From contig CAXNEW010000003.1 of assembly GCA_964201665.1 (NCBI GenBank), forward strand, positions 13,284 to 77,283: 64,000 bases of DNA, in the 5' to 3' direction. The notes under the pieces were generated by a model. It saw only the letters and a list, made by a program, of their open reading frames with translations. It made no database searches and had not been told where the DNA came from. Of this stretch, positions 1-8,904 are shown one piece after another. Numbering within the stretch: position 1 is the first letter of the stretch; the number at the start of each line of letters is the position of its first letter. Both the position numbers and the translations under genes were made by a program. This DNA is from Bdellovibrionota bacterium. GTDB lineage: Bacteria; Bdellovibrionota; UBA2428.

Positions 1-134
1 GATCGTTTTCGGTGGGATCGAAGACTTTTTTGGGGGGCGCTCAGCACCTCAACTTTACTTATTTTGTTTTTTGTTAGCGTGACCTTTGGAAAATTTTTGC
101 CTGATTTTCATACTCCCGTGGAGCTTTTCTCAAG

Positions 135-1511
135 ATGAAGCCACGTGAAATGGATTCTCTTCTTTTTTTAGGTTTAAGCGTGGGTCATGGCGACTCGGCC
201 GAAACTCGCGAGTCAATTGCGTTGGGCGAAGATGGCGGTCGACTTATCTGGGACTCTCTAAAATGTTCTGAGACTGATCCCGTATCGATAGTTTATTTGC
301 AAACCTGTCACCGCGTTGAGCTTTATTCTTGGGGAATTCCCATTCAAAAAATTTACGAGGCTTGGGAAAGTCTTCTAGGGCGCCCCTCAGGCCTGCGCCT
401 GATGCAAAAGAAAATCGGCATCGAGGGGCTCACCCATTTTGTAAGAGTCGCCGCAAGTCTGGATTCTGAAGTTTTGGGTGAAACCCAAATCATGGGCCAA
501 ACTAAAGACGCCATCGAGCGTTCGCGAAGCCAGGGGACCCTGCGTGGTCCCTTAGATAAACTTTTGCAGCACGGAATTAAAGTTTCAAAACAAATACGAA
601 CCGAGGCGAAAATTGGGGAAGGAAATGTGAGTGTGGCCCACGTGGCTCTTGAAGGCCTTCGCGACACCTTTGATTCCTTTGAAGATAAAAAAATATTACT
701 CGTGGGAGTGGGCCGAATGGCCACTCAAAGCCTCGAGAAACTTCTGACCATGGGTGCTGAAAAAATCTATTGGACCAACCGTACTGAAGAAAATCTTTTG
801 AACCATCCTCGAGCTAGCGATGAGCGAATCCAAAGGATTCCCTTTCGCGAACGTCACCACTGGGCATGGGCCGCAGATATTATTGTCAGCGCCGTGAACA
901 CGCCCACTCCTATTTTTTCAGCAGCCGAGCTTGTGGCACTTGGAGCCCAAAGGGGAAGTATCCAGGAGGCCTGTAGGGGCCTCACTAGGGGAGACAAAAG
1001 AAATAATTTTGTAATCCCCAGTTTAAAGATTGTCATCGATTTGGGTTTGCCTCGAAATTTCGACCCCTTAGTTCATGGTCGATTCGGGTACCTGATCCGA
1101 AATGTTGATGAATTTCGAAATGAAGCCCGAGAAAATTTTAAAATTCGTTCAGAAGGAGCCCTTCGGGCCGAAGAAATCCTTCAAAGTGAAATTGAAAATT
1201 TCCGTTTAATATTAAGAAGATGGCATGCCTCTAAGGAGATGAGTGAGCTCTTTTCTTTGTTTAACTTTTTAGATTCAGAAGAAGGTCTAGAAGAAGTTTT
1301 ACTGGAAAAATCTTCAAAAATAGGCTACAAGCTTGGAACGGTTTACGGTCACTTAATGCACCGTTTAAAACGTGAAATTGAGGGTCTCAGCGAAGAAGAT
1401 GCCCAAGTAGTTCTAGAAACGTTGGTAAGGGCATGGAGGCAACCTGAAACATGGCTTCAAAAAAGGGGAGAGCTGAAAATCAGCGTGAGCCCCAAAGAAA
1501 GCAAGGCTTAG
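135..1511 (+). CDS. hemA: glutamyl-tRNA reductase
   Basis: 458-aa ORF. It has the catalytic-Cys motif 'TCHRVELY', 'LDSEVLGETQIMGQ' and the Rossmann segment 'LLVGVGRMA', and is colinear by eye with E. coli HemA. Confidence 0.9.
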   Translation: MKPREMDSLLFLGLSVGHGDSAETRESIALGEDGGRLIWDSLKCSETDPVSIVYLQTCHRVELYSWGIPIQKIYEAWESLLGRPSGLRLMQKKIGIEGLTHFVRVAASLDSEVLGETQIMGQTKDAIERSRSQGTLRGPLDKLLQHGIKVSKQIRTEAKIGEGNVSVAHVALEGLRDTFDSFEDKKILLVGVGRMATQSLEKLLTMGAEKIYWTNRTEENLLNHPRASDERIQRIPFRERHHWAWAADIIVSAVNTPTPIFSAAELVALGAQRGSIQEACRGLTRGDKRNNFVIPSLKIVIDLGLPRNFDPLVHGRFGYLIRNVDEFRNEARENFKIRSEGALRAEEILQSEIENFRLILRRWHASKEMSELFSLFNFLDSEEGLEEVLLEKSSKIGYKLGTVYGHLMHRLKREIEGLSEEDAQVVLETLVRAWRQPETWLQKRGELKISVSPKESKA

Positions 1512-2644
1512 ATAAAATGAAAACCACTCTTGGAACTTCAAAAAAGAAAACAGCAACTCCTGTAGCACCCGCTAAAAAAATCTTGGTAGCCGCAAAAAAA
1601 TTGCCTGTTAAAAAAGCGGAAGCTCCTGTGGCGAAAGTTGCAGAAAAGGCTAAGCGCCCGGGCATGGATTTTATCGGTACCTTTCCGTTTCGAAAGTCGG
1701 TTGACGACAAAAAAACCGAAGCTAAAAAATTACCAACGGGCCCTGTGTTTCCGGTTGGATCCTACAAAATTGTTCATTTTGATACGGCTCTTGCTCGAGC
1801 CTTTGCCCACGAGTTTCAAGAAGTTTTCATGGGCAGGTATTCTTCCGACAAACTGAATTTCGGATTCGTGCCCGTTACAAATATTGCCTCTGACTCTGCA
1901 ACAATTTCCTCTGAAATCGAACGTCTCAAAAATAAAGAAATCGATATTCTTCTTTTGAATATGAAAGATATTCCCTTGGAAATTCCGACTGAACTGACAC
2001 TCGTGTCGGCCTTAAGGCGAGAAGACCCTAGGGACGCGCTCATCACACGAGCCACCTATGGCGCCATTCAAGAACTCCCCACACAGGCGCGAATTGGATG
2101 TAATTCAAAACGTCGACTTATGCAGGTTCGGGCTTTGAGACCTGACTTAAAAATCACTACGACTTTCGGCCCCCTGAATGACAGGCTCAAAAGGCTTGAG
2201 GCCGGCGAAATTGATGCCCTGCTTGTGGCCTGGGCGACATTACGCCGTTTAAATCATTCCCCTCGTTTCTATGTGGCTCTGCAACCTGAGCAAATGGCTC
2301 CGGCGGCTTGCCAAGGCACCCTCGGTGTTATGGTTCGATCTGATGAAGCCGAATTGATTGCTAAACTTCGTTATATTGAAGATTCTGAAGCCTCGTGGAG
2401 TGCTCGATGTGAACGCGCCTTTTTGTCAAAAATTGGCCGAGGACGCGATCTTCCGGCTGGCGTTTTTGCCCACCGTAAAGGAACCCAAGATCCTTGGATT
2501 TTGGACGTCATTTTAGGTGACTCTGTGTCGGGCGAAGTTCTCAAGCACCGTGAAATTGGAACCAGCCGATGCAAGCCTGAGTCCTTGGCGGATAAGGCTT
2601 TTGTGGGGGTGCTATCCAAAGGCGCCCGCAAATTCTTCAGCTAA
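1451..2644 (+). CDS. porphobilinogen-deaminase (HemC)-family paralog, apparently degenerate, with a K/A/P-rich N-terminal tail
   Basis: HemC-like motifs 'NMKDIP', 'REDPRDAL', 'SKRR' and 'PAACQG' are present, but the cofactor Cys position reads 'GRGRDLPAG'. GGAGG lies 11 nt upstream of ATG 1451. An alternative start is ATG 1517, 5 nt after the hemA stop. Confidence 0.7.
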   Translation: MASKKGRAENQREPQRKQGLDKMKTTLGTSKKKTATPVAPAKKILVAAKKLPVKKAEAPVAKVAEKAKRPGMDFIGTFPFRKSVDDKKTEAKKLPTGPVFPVGSYKIVHFDTALARAFAHEFQEVFMGRYSSDKLNFGFVPVTNIASDSATISSEIERLKNKEIDILLLNMKDIPLEIPTELTLVSALRREDPRDALITRATYGAIQELPTQARIGCNSKRRLMQVRALRPDLKITTTFGPLNDRLKRLEAGEIDALLVAWATLRRLNHSPRFYVALQPEQMAPAACQGTLGVMVRSDEAELIAKLRYIEDSEASWSARCERAFLSKIGRGRDLPAGVFAHRKGTQDPWILDVILGDSVSGEVLKHREIGTSRCKPESLADKAFVGVLSKGARKFFS

Positions 2645-2970
2645 CTGGGTTGCCTAAGACGGTACACCGCGGGCTTTTCCAACGAGCGTCGCATCAACAC
2701 AATTTCTCCGATCCTCATTTAGCCTCTCGGCTAAACTCCGGTTCTCAAAATTGAGTTGCTGCGCCTCACGTTGAATAATCCCGCTCGAGGCTCGCGCTGC
2801 TAGGCCTCACTTTAAAAAATTTTGCTTCGCCGCTTGGATTTAATGAGACCGTTTTTGGGGTTTGTTTTTTTTTCGATTGGCGCGAAACTAGATGGCCATC
2901 GTCGATTTTTTGGCCCAATGCATTTTGGGAAGTTTTCGTCTAGAGGGACTTGAGAATAAACAAAAACTAA

Positions 2971-5187
2971 TTAGTGACCCCTTGGCGGTTGTTGGAGTTG
3001 TGGTTTGGGCCGTGTAATTTCTTCACGAAGTGGTTGCTTGTTTTTGGGACCTTCAAAATCATAACTAGAAACAATTCCAAATAAGTTTTTGCTTTCTGAA
3101 ATATTCCCAGACACCGAGTCATTCAATTTCAGGCATTCTTCTCCAAGACCTGAAAGTAATGCGAGACCTCCGAGAGCTGAGACATATTGGGGCGAGGCAC
3201 GAAAGTTTTGATTCTTTTTTAGGTACTGGGCTATGCCGTTGAAATATTTTTTTTCTTGGTCGATTTGGCTCAATAAAACCTCATTGATGCGCTCCCGCAG
3301 TGTTTTTAAAAATTCAACTTGTTCTGAGGAAAGTGCCGATGGTTGTTGAAGTAAAATCTCAATGGCTGATTGCGCATAAGGAACAGAGGCCGGAAAGTAA
3401 TAGGAGGCTATGCCCTCTTCTTTTGAATTGTGAAAGGAATTTCCACTTTGGCTAAAAAAAAGGAAATGATTGACCAGAATATTTAAATTTTTGGAGTAAG
3501 AGTTCAAAGCTAAAAGAAGATTTGCTTGGGCATCATCAGAGCCCGGGTGATTTAAAAAATTTGCTAAATTAGCTGGCACTGAGCGGGCAGCGGATTCGCT
3601 TTCCAAGAATGTGTAAACCCTTCGATCGTCCACTTTCCAATTGTAGGCAAAACGCGTGGGGTATTCTTTGAGATGATCTTCAAGTTCAGTTTTGGCCAGT
3701 TGAAATTGAGGATAGCTAAAAGCTCTAGGAGTTTTTTCACCCTTAGGATTGCCTGCGGCCACAAGCGATGTTGCCCAAGCGTAGGTGTTGGCTGCCGAAC
3801 CTGTGGCTCCCATGTTTCTTTCTAGCATGGGGGCCAAACTTGAAAAGGAACGATCCAACTGGTTCTCCATTTTTTTTTGTTGCTCAGGAGAAATTTTAAA
3901 TTCATCTTTTCGAGCCAAAAATTCCTTGAGGGTTTGGACTTTAAATTGCTCTATGTAAATTTTGTAAGCTGAAAAAGGCTCAAGGCGCACTCGGGTGTCT
4001 TTTTTTGTATTTCCTTTAAGTGTTTGTGAAAAAAAATCATGGGCCCAAACAGAAAGCTTTTGATTGATACAAACTTTGGAGGCCTTCAGCAGAAATAGGC
4101 CATTGAGCTGGTCCATGGCCGCCTCCCAAGAATCCTCGACCTCATCGTCCCTGGGCAATAGGTCCTGGGCTTTTGGAATTTTTTTATCAAGGATCGCTTG
4201 AGCGACTCCACACAGGGCCTCACACCTTAGTTGACTGTTCCATGTTCTAAGTCCTGTGAGGTCATAAATCTTTGGTAGATTGTCGTTGCTGTTTGCAAAG
4301 CCATTGAGAACGGCGTTTTCACTTTTTGGGTTTTTTCTTGCTTGTTCGACAATCCATAACAGGTGCTGCCGAGCAGCCGACGATTTTTCAGCAAGGGTAG
4401 ACAAGGCGCGACCGGCGGTTTCACCGATGGCAGGGTTTCTGTGCTCTAAAAGTTTTTTAATTAATTTCAAGAGTCGATCGGGCGAGGCATTGTTGGCCGA
4501 AAGCATTTCGAGAGATAAATAAATGTGGGGTTCTAAACTGTAATTATTTTCAGCAATCTCAAAAAGAGCACTTTGCACCTCGGGCTTTGAGCCAAATTCG
4601 GGGTCTTCCGCAAAATAAATAAACCTCTCACGGACTACGGGATCGGCCCGTTTGTTTTTTATAATTGAAACAAGGGGCGCAGGATCGAATTTATTGGAAT
4701 GGTAAATAATTCTTAGTCTGTTGGCCGCCTGCCGTCTGTCGGGAGGGGAAAGGGTGGGGTCGCTTACAAAGTTTAGTAATTTTTCTTTGACAAGCTCAAC
4801 CCCGTCCTTCCCCTTCGTGATGACATCGGTAAGGTTAAACAAAATTTTTCCATCGGGGCCTTTGAGGGCCGAGAGCAGTTTTTCTTGAGAAATGACCTGA
4901 CGTTTTTGGGGGTTAAGGGCGTACAGAATATGAATCGCAAATTCTTTTAAGTTTGGGTCCTTAAGCATTTCAAAAAGTCTTTGCCCCTCTGCGGGACTCA
5001 GTTCTGGAAATTTCTCCCAATCAGGAACGTCAAATTTGGTTCCTAGTTTTTGAGCTTCTTGATTCTTTTTTAAAGTCTCAACCAGAGAATCAATTCTAGT
5101 TGAAGCCTTCCTATCCTGAGCTTGAGCCTGGGATACGAGCCATAGAAAAACCACAAAAAACGATGCCAATTTTTGCTTGTTTCCCAT
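2971..5187 (-). CDS. secreted hypothetical protein (738 aa)
   Basis: Long uninterrupted ORF with an ATG start and an N-terminal signal peptide 'LASFFVVFLWLVSQAQAQ'. I recognise no family. Confidence 0.6.
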   Translation of the reverse strand: MGNKQKLASFFVVFLWLVSQAQAQDRKASTRIDSLVETLKKNQEAQKLGTKFDVPDWEKFPELSPAEGQRLFEMLKDPNLKEFAIHILYALNPQKRQVISQEKLLSALKGPDGKILFNLTDVITKGKDGVELVKEKLLNFVSDPTLSPPDRRQAANRLRIIYHSNKFDPAPLVSIIKNKRADPVVRERFIYFAEDPEFGSKPEVQSALFEIAENNYSLEPHIYLSLEMLSANNASPDRLLKLIKKLLEHRNPAIGETAGRALSTLAEKSSAARQHLLWIVEQARKNPKSENAVLNGFANSNDNLPKIYDLTGLRTWNSQLRCEALCGVAQAILDKKIPKAQDLLPRDDEVEDSWEAAMDQLNGLFLLKASKVCINQKLSVWAHDFFSQTLKGNTKKDTRVRLEPFSAYKIYIEQFKVQTLKEFLARKDEFKISPEQQKKMENQLDRSFSSLAPMLERNMGATGSAANTYAWATSLVAAGNPKGEKTPRAFSYPQFQLAKTELEDHLKEYPTRFAYNWKVDDRRVYTFLESESAARSVPANLANFLNHPGSDDAQANLLLALNSYSKNLNILVNHFLFFSQSGNSFHNSKEEGIASYYFPASVPYAQSAIEILLQQPSALSSEQVEFLKTLRERINEVLLSQIDQEKKYFNGIAQYLKKNQNFRASPQYVSALGGLALLSGLGEECLKLNDSVSGNISESKNLFGIVSSYDFEGPKNKQPLREEITRPKPQLQQPPRGH

Positions 5188-5269
5188 CGTAGGCTCATCG
5201 GCATTTTTGTAGGCGAGGTTTAGTTAGTTGTCCGGACTGTTTTTTCAATTTAGGTTTTTGCAAGAATCT

Positions 5270-5290
5270 TACGCAACACTTTGTTGCGTA
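5270..5290. promoter_or_regulatory. perfect 9-bp inverted repeat (tacgcaaca-ctt-tgttgcgta), a candidate operator in a divergent promoter region
   Basis: Read directly from the sequence. It lies ~40 bp upstream of the HTH gene start (GTG 5331), inside the 143-bp divergent intergenic region. Confidence 0.35.
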
Positions 5291-5330
5291 TATCCTTGAC
5301 TAGCGAAATCTAGCAATTAATAAGGGCCAG

Positions 5331-6170
5331 GTGAGCACTCCTAAAGAATTGGCAACTGTCTCTTTAGACTATCGTAGTTTCCTAAGCGATGAACTCACAC
5401 GCCGCCTGGGAGTTAATTCTCGATATTCGTTAAGGGCCTTTGCTCGCGATTTGGGCATGAACCCCGGGCGTCTATCACATATTCTTCGAGGTCATTACGG
5501 TTTATCCCAAGGTGCGGCTCAGACTGTGGCAAAAAAACTAAATCTTGGCCCACAAGAGGCGAAAACTTTTTGTGATCTTGTCGCCCTAAAGCATGGTCGG
5601 TCTCGGGCTGAAAAATCCGAAGCCAGTACAAGACTTAAAGAATCAAAGGCCCAATTTGACGCCTTATCTTTAGATTCCTTTATGCTGATTTCCGAGTGGT
5701 ACCATTTAGCCATTTTAGAATATTTATCTATCCCCAGTGCGAATGTTGATGCTTTTTCAATTTCAAAAAGTCTTAAGATAACACCACAACTTGTTGAGCA
5801 AGCCCTTGAGCGATTGATTCGCCTCAAAATGCTTAAAAAAAGTAAAACCGGTCGAAATTTTAAAACTCTGGGGTCGTTTTTTGTTGATCCTAAGGGCGTG
5901 CCATCAAGAGCGGTACAAAATTTCCACAAACAGATTATCGAACTTGGACTTGGGTCGCTTGTAATGGATTCGCCGGCCGAGCGCGATTTCGGCACTGTAC
6001 TTTTGGCCTTTGATTGTGAGCGCACGGCCGAGGCCCAGGCTGAACTTGAAAAATTTAGATTTAAGTTCAACAAAAAATTTGGAAGCTATAAAAAAAACAA
6101 CCTTGTTTTTGCTCTTTCAACACAGTTCTTCAAAGTTTCAGGAAAGGAACAAAGCCATGAACCAAAATAA
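5331..6170 (+). CDS. TIGR02147/DUF4423-like putative HTH regulator
   Basis: 279-aa ORF with a GTG start. The N-terminus 'DYRSFLSDELTRRLGVNSRYSLRAFARDLGMNPGRLSHILRG' matches my recollection of the Fibrobacter/Bdellovibrio paralogous family. The family assignment comes from memory only. Confidence 0.6.
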   Translation: MSTPKELATVSLDYRSFLSDELTRRLGVNSRYSLRAFARDLGMNPGRLSHILRGHYGLSQGAAQTVAKKLNLGPQEAKTFCDLVALKHGRSRAEKSEASTRLKESKAQFDALSLDSFMLISEWYHLAILEYLSIPSANVDAFSISKSLKITPQLVEQALERLIRLKMLKKSKTGRNFKTLGSFFVDPKGVPSRAVQNFHKQIIELGLGSLVMDSPAERDFGTVLLAFDCERTAEAQAELEKFRFKFNKKFGSYKKNNLVFALSTQFFKVSGKEQSHEPK

Positions 6171-7806
6171 ATCACTGAGAATAACTGCCCTTTGTTTGTC
6201 ATTTTTTATGCAAACCCCACAGAGTTTTTCTGCCATTTTGCCATCGATTGAATTTGAATCGATCTTCGGATTGGGGGATGGCGATGGTGGCGGACAGGTT
6301 GTTGGAAATGGGGGAGATCTTGTGGTTTGTTACATGGGCGACGGAACGCCTCAGGTCAAAACCGCAGAACTTTCTGATTTTTTTGAAGGCCGCGAGATTT
6401 ATCAGCATGTGCACCTCGAAAAACAACAAGACGATTTGTGGAAGTTAAAGTGGCCGCACATTGTAAAAATTGTCCTTGATGATCTTAGGATTCACGATCC
6501 GCAAAGGGCTGACTTTTACGAAAAACAAGTCCCCATTTTTGTGGATGCTGAGAACAGTCATACGGGTCGAAATCAGGACGTGGGGTTTTTGTCAGGTTTG
6601 GAACTGCCGGATGTGCCCGATTCCGGAGGGATTATCCTCCCCGCCAATTGCGTAATCAAGCAAGGCGCTATCTTTAAAACGCGGGAGTTTCCTGATGAAC
6701 CTATTTTTTTAATCAATAGAGATTATTGGAAACATTTGTCCGAAATGTCCAAGGCGGGTTTGGTTTTACATGAGTTAATATTCAAGGAGGCTAAAACTTT
6801 CGCAGCTGTTAACTCGAGAGCCGTACGGAATTTCAATTCTTTGCTTTTTACCCTATCCCTGGGTAAGCGCAGTTTTAGCGATTATTTAAAACGAATTGCT
6901 TTAACCACCATTAAAAAAGTTAAGTTTGGCCGCGATGAATTGCTCACAAATCTTCTAGGTAACTTTGACCTTTTGTTTTCTGTAAGCACCAATCCGACCC
7001 AAGCTGGCGACGCTTTCCTCAAACTCAACAAATATGAAGAAACGGATGAATTTGTTTTGGCCACTGACCAAAACCTTCGGCTGAAAAGGCCAGCCAATAA
7101 TCGTGTTCGAACAATTTTTGATAGCAGTTTCAGTTATCCAGAGGGGCTGAAGGAAATCGGAATTGATGCATTTTTGTTAAACAAAAAACTACTCCACGAG
7201 GGAGATTCGCGCCTAATTTTAAATAAAGTTTTTAAACGATATGATGATGCTGCCCTGGTTCGCAATAGCGATGGTCTAAAAGTGTCTTTTCAATCAGGCT
7301 TACTTCTTTTTGATAAAAGAGGTGAGCTGACTTCGGAGCTAGCAATTCCTTGCACTGAAAACGATCTCAAACTTTTAGAGACCACGAATGTCTCAGGCGA
7401 TCCCAGTACCTTTGGATATTTTACGGAATTTGCAAATGTAGGATTTACCTTTGCAGCGGATGATAACCTTCCCGAGTATCGAGAACTCAAATGCGGAAAC
7501 GACAAAGACCTTCTTTCGATGTCTTTAAACAAAGATTCGAGTTTAAGGCTTCAAAACAAAGGCCTTAGCAGAGATAACTCCAAGGAAAGTGGCGTGAGGC
7601 ATGAGAATTTTCTACTTACTGTCGTTGGTTTAGAAAAGATGAAGTGGACAATTTTTGGGCGCACATGGACCATCGAACCCTTAGAAAGAAAAAAGGTTAA
7701 AGTACTAAAAATTGGCGTTTCAATCGTGGTCGACCTGAAGAATCAACAGCTCTACTTTGGAGATTCTGAAACCGCTGGCAAATGGTTTAGTTTAACTTCT
7801 AAGTAA
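6157..7806 (+). CDS. secreted hypothetical protein (~550 aa)
   Basis: The internal ATG at 6157 gives the signal peptide 'MNQNKSLRITALCLSFFMQTPQSFSA'. It overlaps the upstream HTH gene by 14 nt. The longest ORF starts at 6010. Confidence 0.6.
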   Translation: MNQNKSLRITALCLSFFMQTPQSFSAILPSIEFESIFGLGDGDGGGQVVGNGGDLVVCYMGDGTPQVKTAELSDFFEGREIYQHVHLEKQQDDLWKLKWPHIVKIVLDDLRIHDPQRADFYEKQVPIFVDAENSHTGRNQDVGFLSGLELPDVPDSGGIILPANCVIKQGAIFKTREFPDEPIFLINRDYWKHLSEMSKAGLVLHELIFKEAKTFAAVNSRAVRNFNSLLFTLSLGKRSFSDYLKRIALTTIKKVKFGRDELLTNLLGNFDLLFSVSTNPTQAGDAFLKLNKYEETDEFVLATDQNLRLKRPANNRVRTIFDSSFSYPEGLKEIGIDAFLLNKKLLHEGDSRLILNKVFKRYDDAALVRNSDGLKVSFQSGLLLFDKRGELTSELAIPCTENDLKLLETTNVSGDPSTFGYFTEFANVGFTFAADDNLPEYRELKCGNDKDLLSMSLNKDSSLRLQNKGLSRDNSKESGVRHENFLLTVVGLEKMKWTIFGRTWTIEPLERKKVKVLKIGVSIVVDLKNQQLYFGDSETAGKWFSLTSK

Positions 7807-8904
7807 AAAGGGGTTCACGGACGACTCGATTAACAGCTGTCTGTGAAGGATCCTCGCTGCTGATTTTACCCAATCAGGATCGGAGTTGAGCGAGGGGACA
7901 AGTTTAAGCTTGCCTTTGCCGCCTGTAAATTTCTCAAAGTCCTCTCGCGCGCGAATTTGGATTTCTTCGAGTGTTTCTAAGCAATCGCTCACAAAACTAG
8001 GACACATTACGAGAACGTCCTTTTCGCCTTTGGCCGCAAGCTCCTCGATCACAAAATCGGTAAATGGTTTGAGCCAAGGGGTACGACCCAAACGGCTTTG
8101 GAAACTCACACTCCACCTGCCAGGGGCTAAACCCATTTTTTTGGCAATTCCTTCGGCCGTGGCAAAACATTGTGCGCGGTAACAGCGATTATAAACATTT
8201 TCTAGTTTGCTTGTTTTTTCCGACAACTCACAACAGCTGGCTTGCTGCAAACAATGTTCCTTAGCTTCACAAGAAACTCGGCCAAGATGTCTCTCGGGGA
8301 TACCATGAAAACTCATAAGAACGTAGGGATCAGCCGAGCTCATGTGCTTACCAAGAATATTTGCAAAACTAGAAATAAATTCAGGTTCTTTAAAAAACGG
8401 TTCGCTAAATTTAATTTCGATTTTCTCTGATGCCTTGGCATTTAAAGAGATTGCAATTTTTTTTACTTTGTCTTCAACGGAGGCCGAGGAGGCCCAAGCA
8501 AACTGTGGGTACATTTGAAAAATGAAGATTTCACGCACTCCCTGATCAATAAGTTTTTGCATTCCTGATTCAAGAGAGGGCTGCCCATACCGCATGCCGA
8601 CCTCGATTTTAAGATCTGGAATTTGGGCCCTTAGCTTATCTACAAATTCATGGGTGTGAAAGGCTAAGGGTGAGCCTTTATCAGTCCAAATTTGCTTATA
8701 TGCATGGGCTGATTTTTTTGGCCGCGTGTTGAGAATTATCCCTTTCACTAAAAGCGCTCGTAAGGGCCATGGGATATCAATCACAAAGGGATCCATTAGG
8801 AATTCGTCTAAATAGATTTTGACGTCCTTGGGATTTGGGCTTTGAGGGGTCCCCAGATTCACAACTAAAATTCCCTTTTTCAAGTTCTTAAACTCCTTTT
8901 TCAA
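7792..8904 (-). CDS. hemH: ferrochelatase
   Basis: The N-terminus 'GILVVNLGTPQSP' and overall colinearity match ferrochelatase. The start is TTG at 8904 (TTGA overlap with the hemY stop). TTG at 8883 is more likely because AAGGAG lies 9 nt upstream of it. Confidence 0.9.
   Translation of the reverse strand: MKKEFKNLKKGILVVNLGTPQSPNPKDVKIYLDEFLMDPFVIDIPWPLRALLVKGIILNTRPKKSAHAYKQIWTDKGSPLAFHTHEFVDKLRAQIPDLKIEVGMRYGQPSLESGMQKLIDQGVREIFIFQMYPQFAWASSASVEDKVKKIAISLNAKASEKIEIKFSEPFFKEPEFISSFANILGKHMSSADPYVLMSFHGIPERHLGRVSCEAKEHCLQQASCCELSEKTSKLENVYNRCYRAQCFATAEGIAKKMGLAPGRWSVSFQSRLGRTPWLKPFTDFVIEELAAKGEKDVLVMCPSFVSDCLETLEEIQIRAREDFEKFTGGKGKLKLVPSLNSDPDWVKSAARILHRQLLIESSVNPFLLRS

Noticed and set aside
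2843-2953. 36-aa ORF (MRPFLGFVFFSIGAKLDGHRRFFGPMHFGKFSSRGT) inside the ORF-free spacer.
   Set aside because: It has no SD and runs through the poly-T tract. Coding is not supported, so the region is treated as non-coding.
5519-6073. Long antisense ORFs. These include the 184-aa ORF opposite the HTH gene, 11976..12524 opposite hemC/D, 17551..17976, 24981..25403, 35696..36166, 46377..46790, 47623..48051 and 50831..51226.
   Set aside because: Each lies fully inside a well-supported gene on the other strand. They have no SD and no recognisable motifs. Their composition is the mirror of the sense gene's codon bias, which makes them typical shadow ORFs.
6157-7806. 'VLHELIFKE' in the secreted protein, considered as a possible zinc-protease motif.
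   Set aside because: The motif is HELIF, not HExxH. The second His is absent, so no protease call is made.
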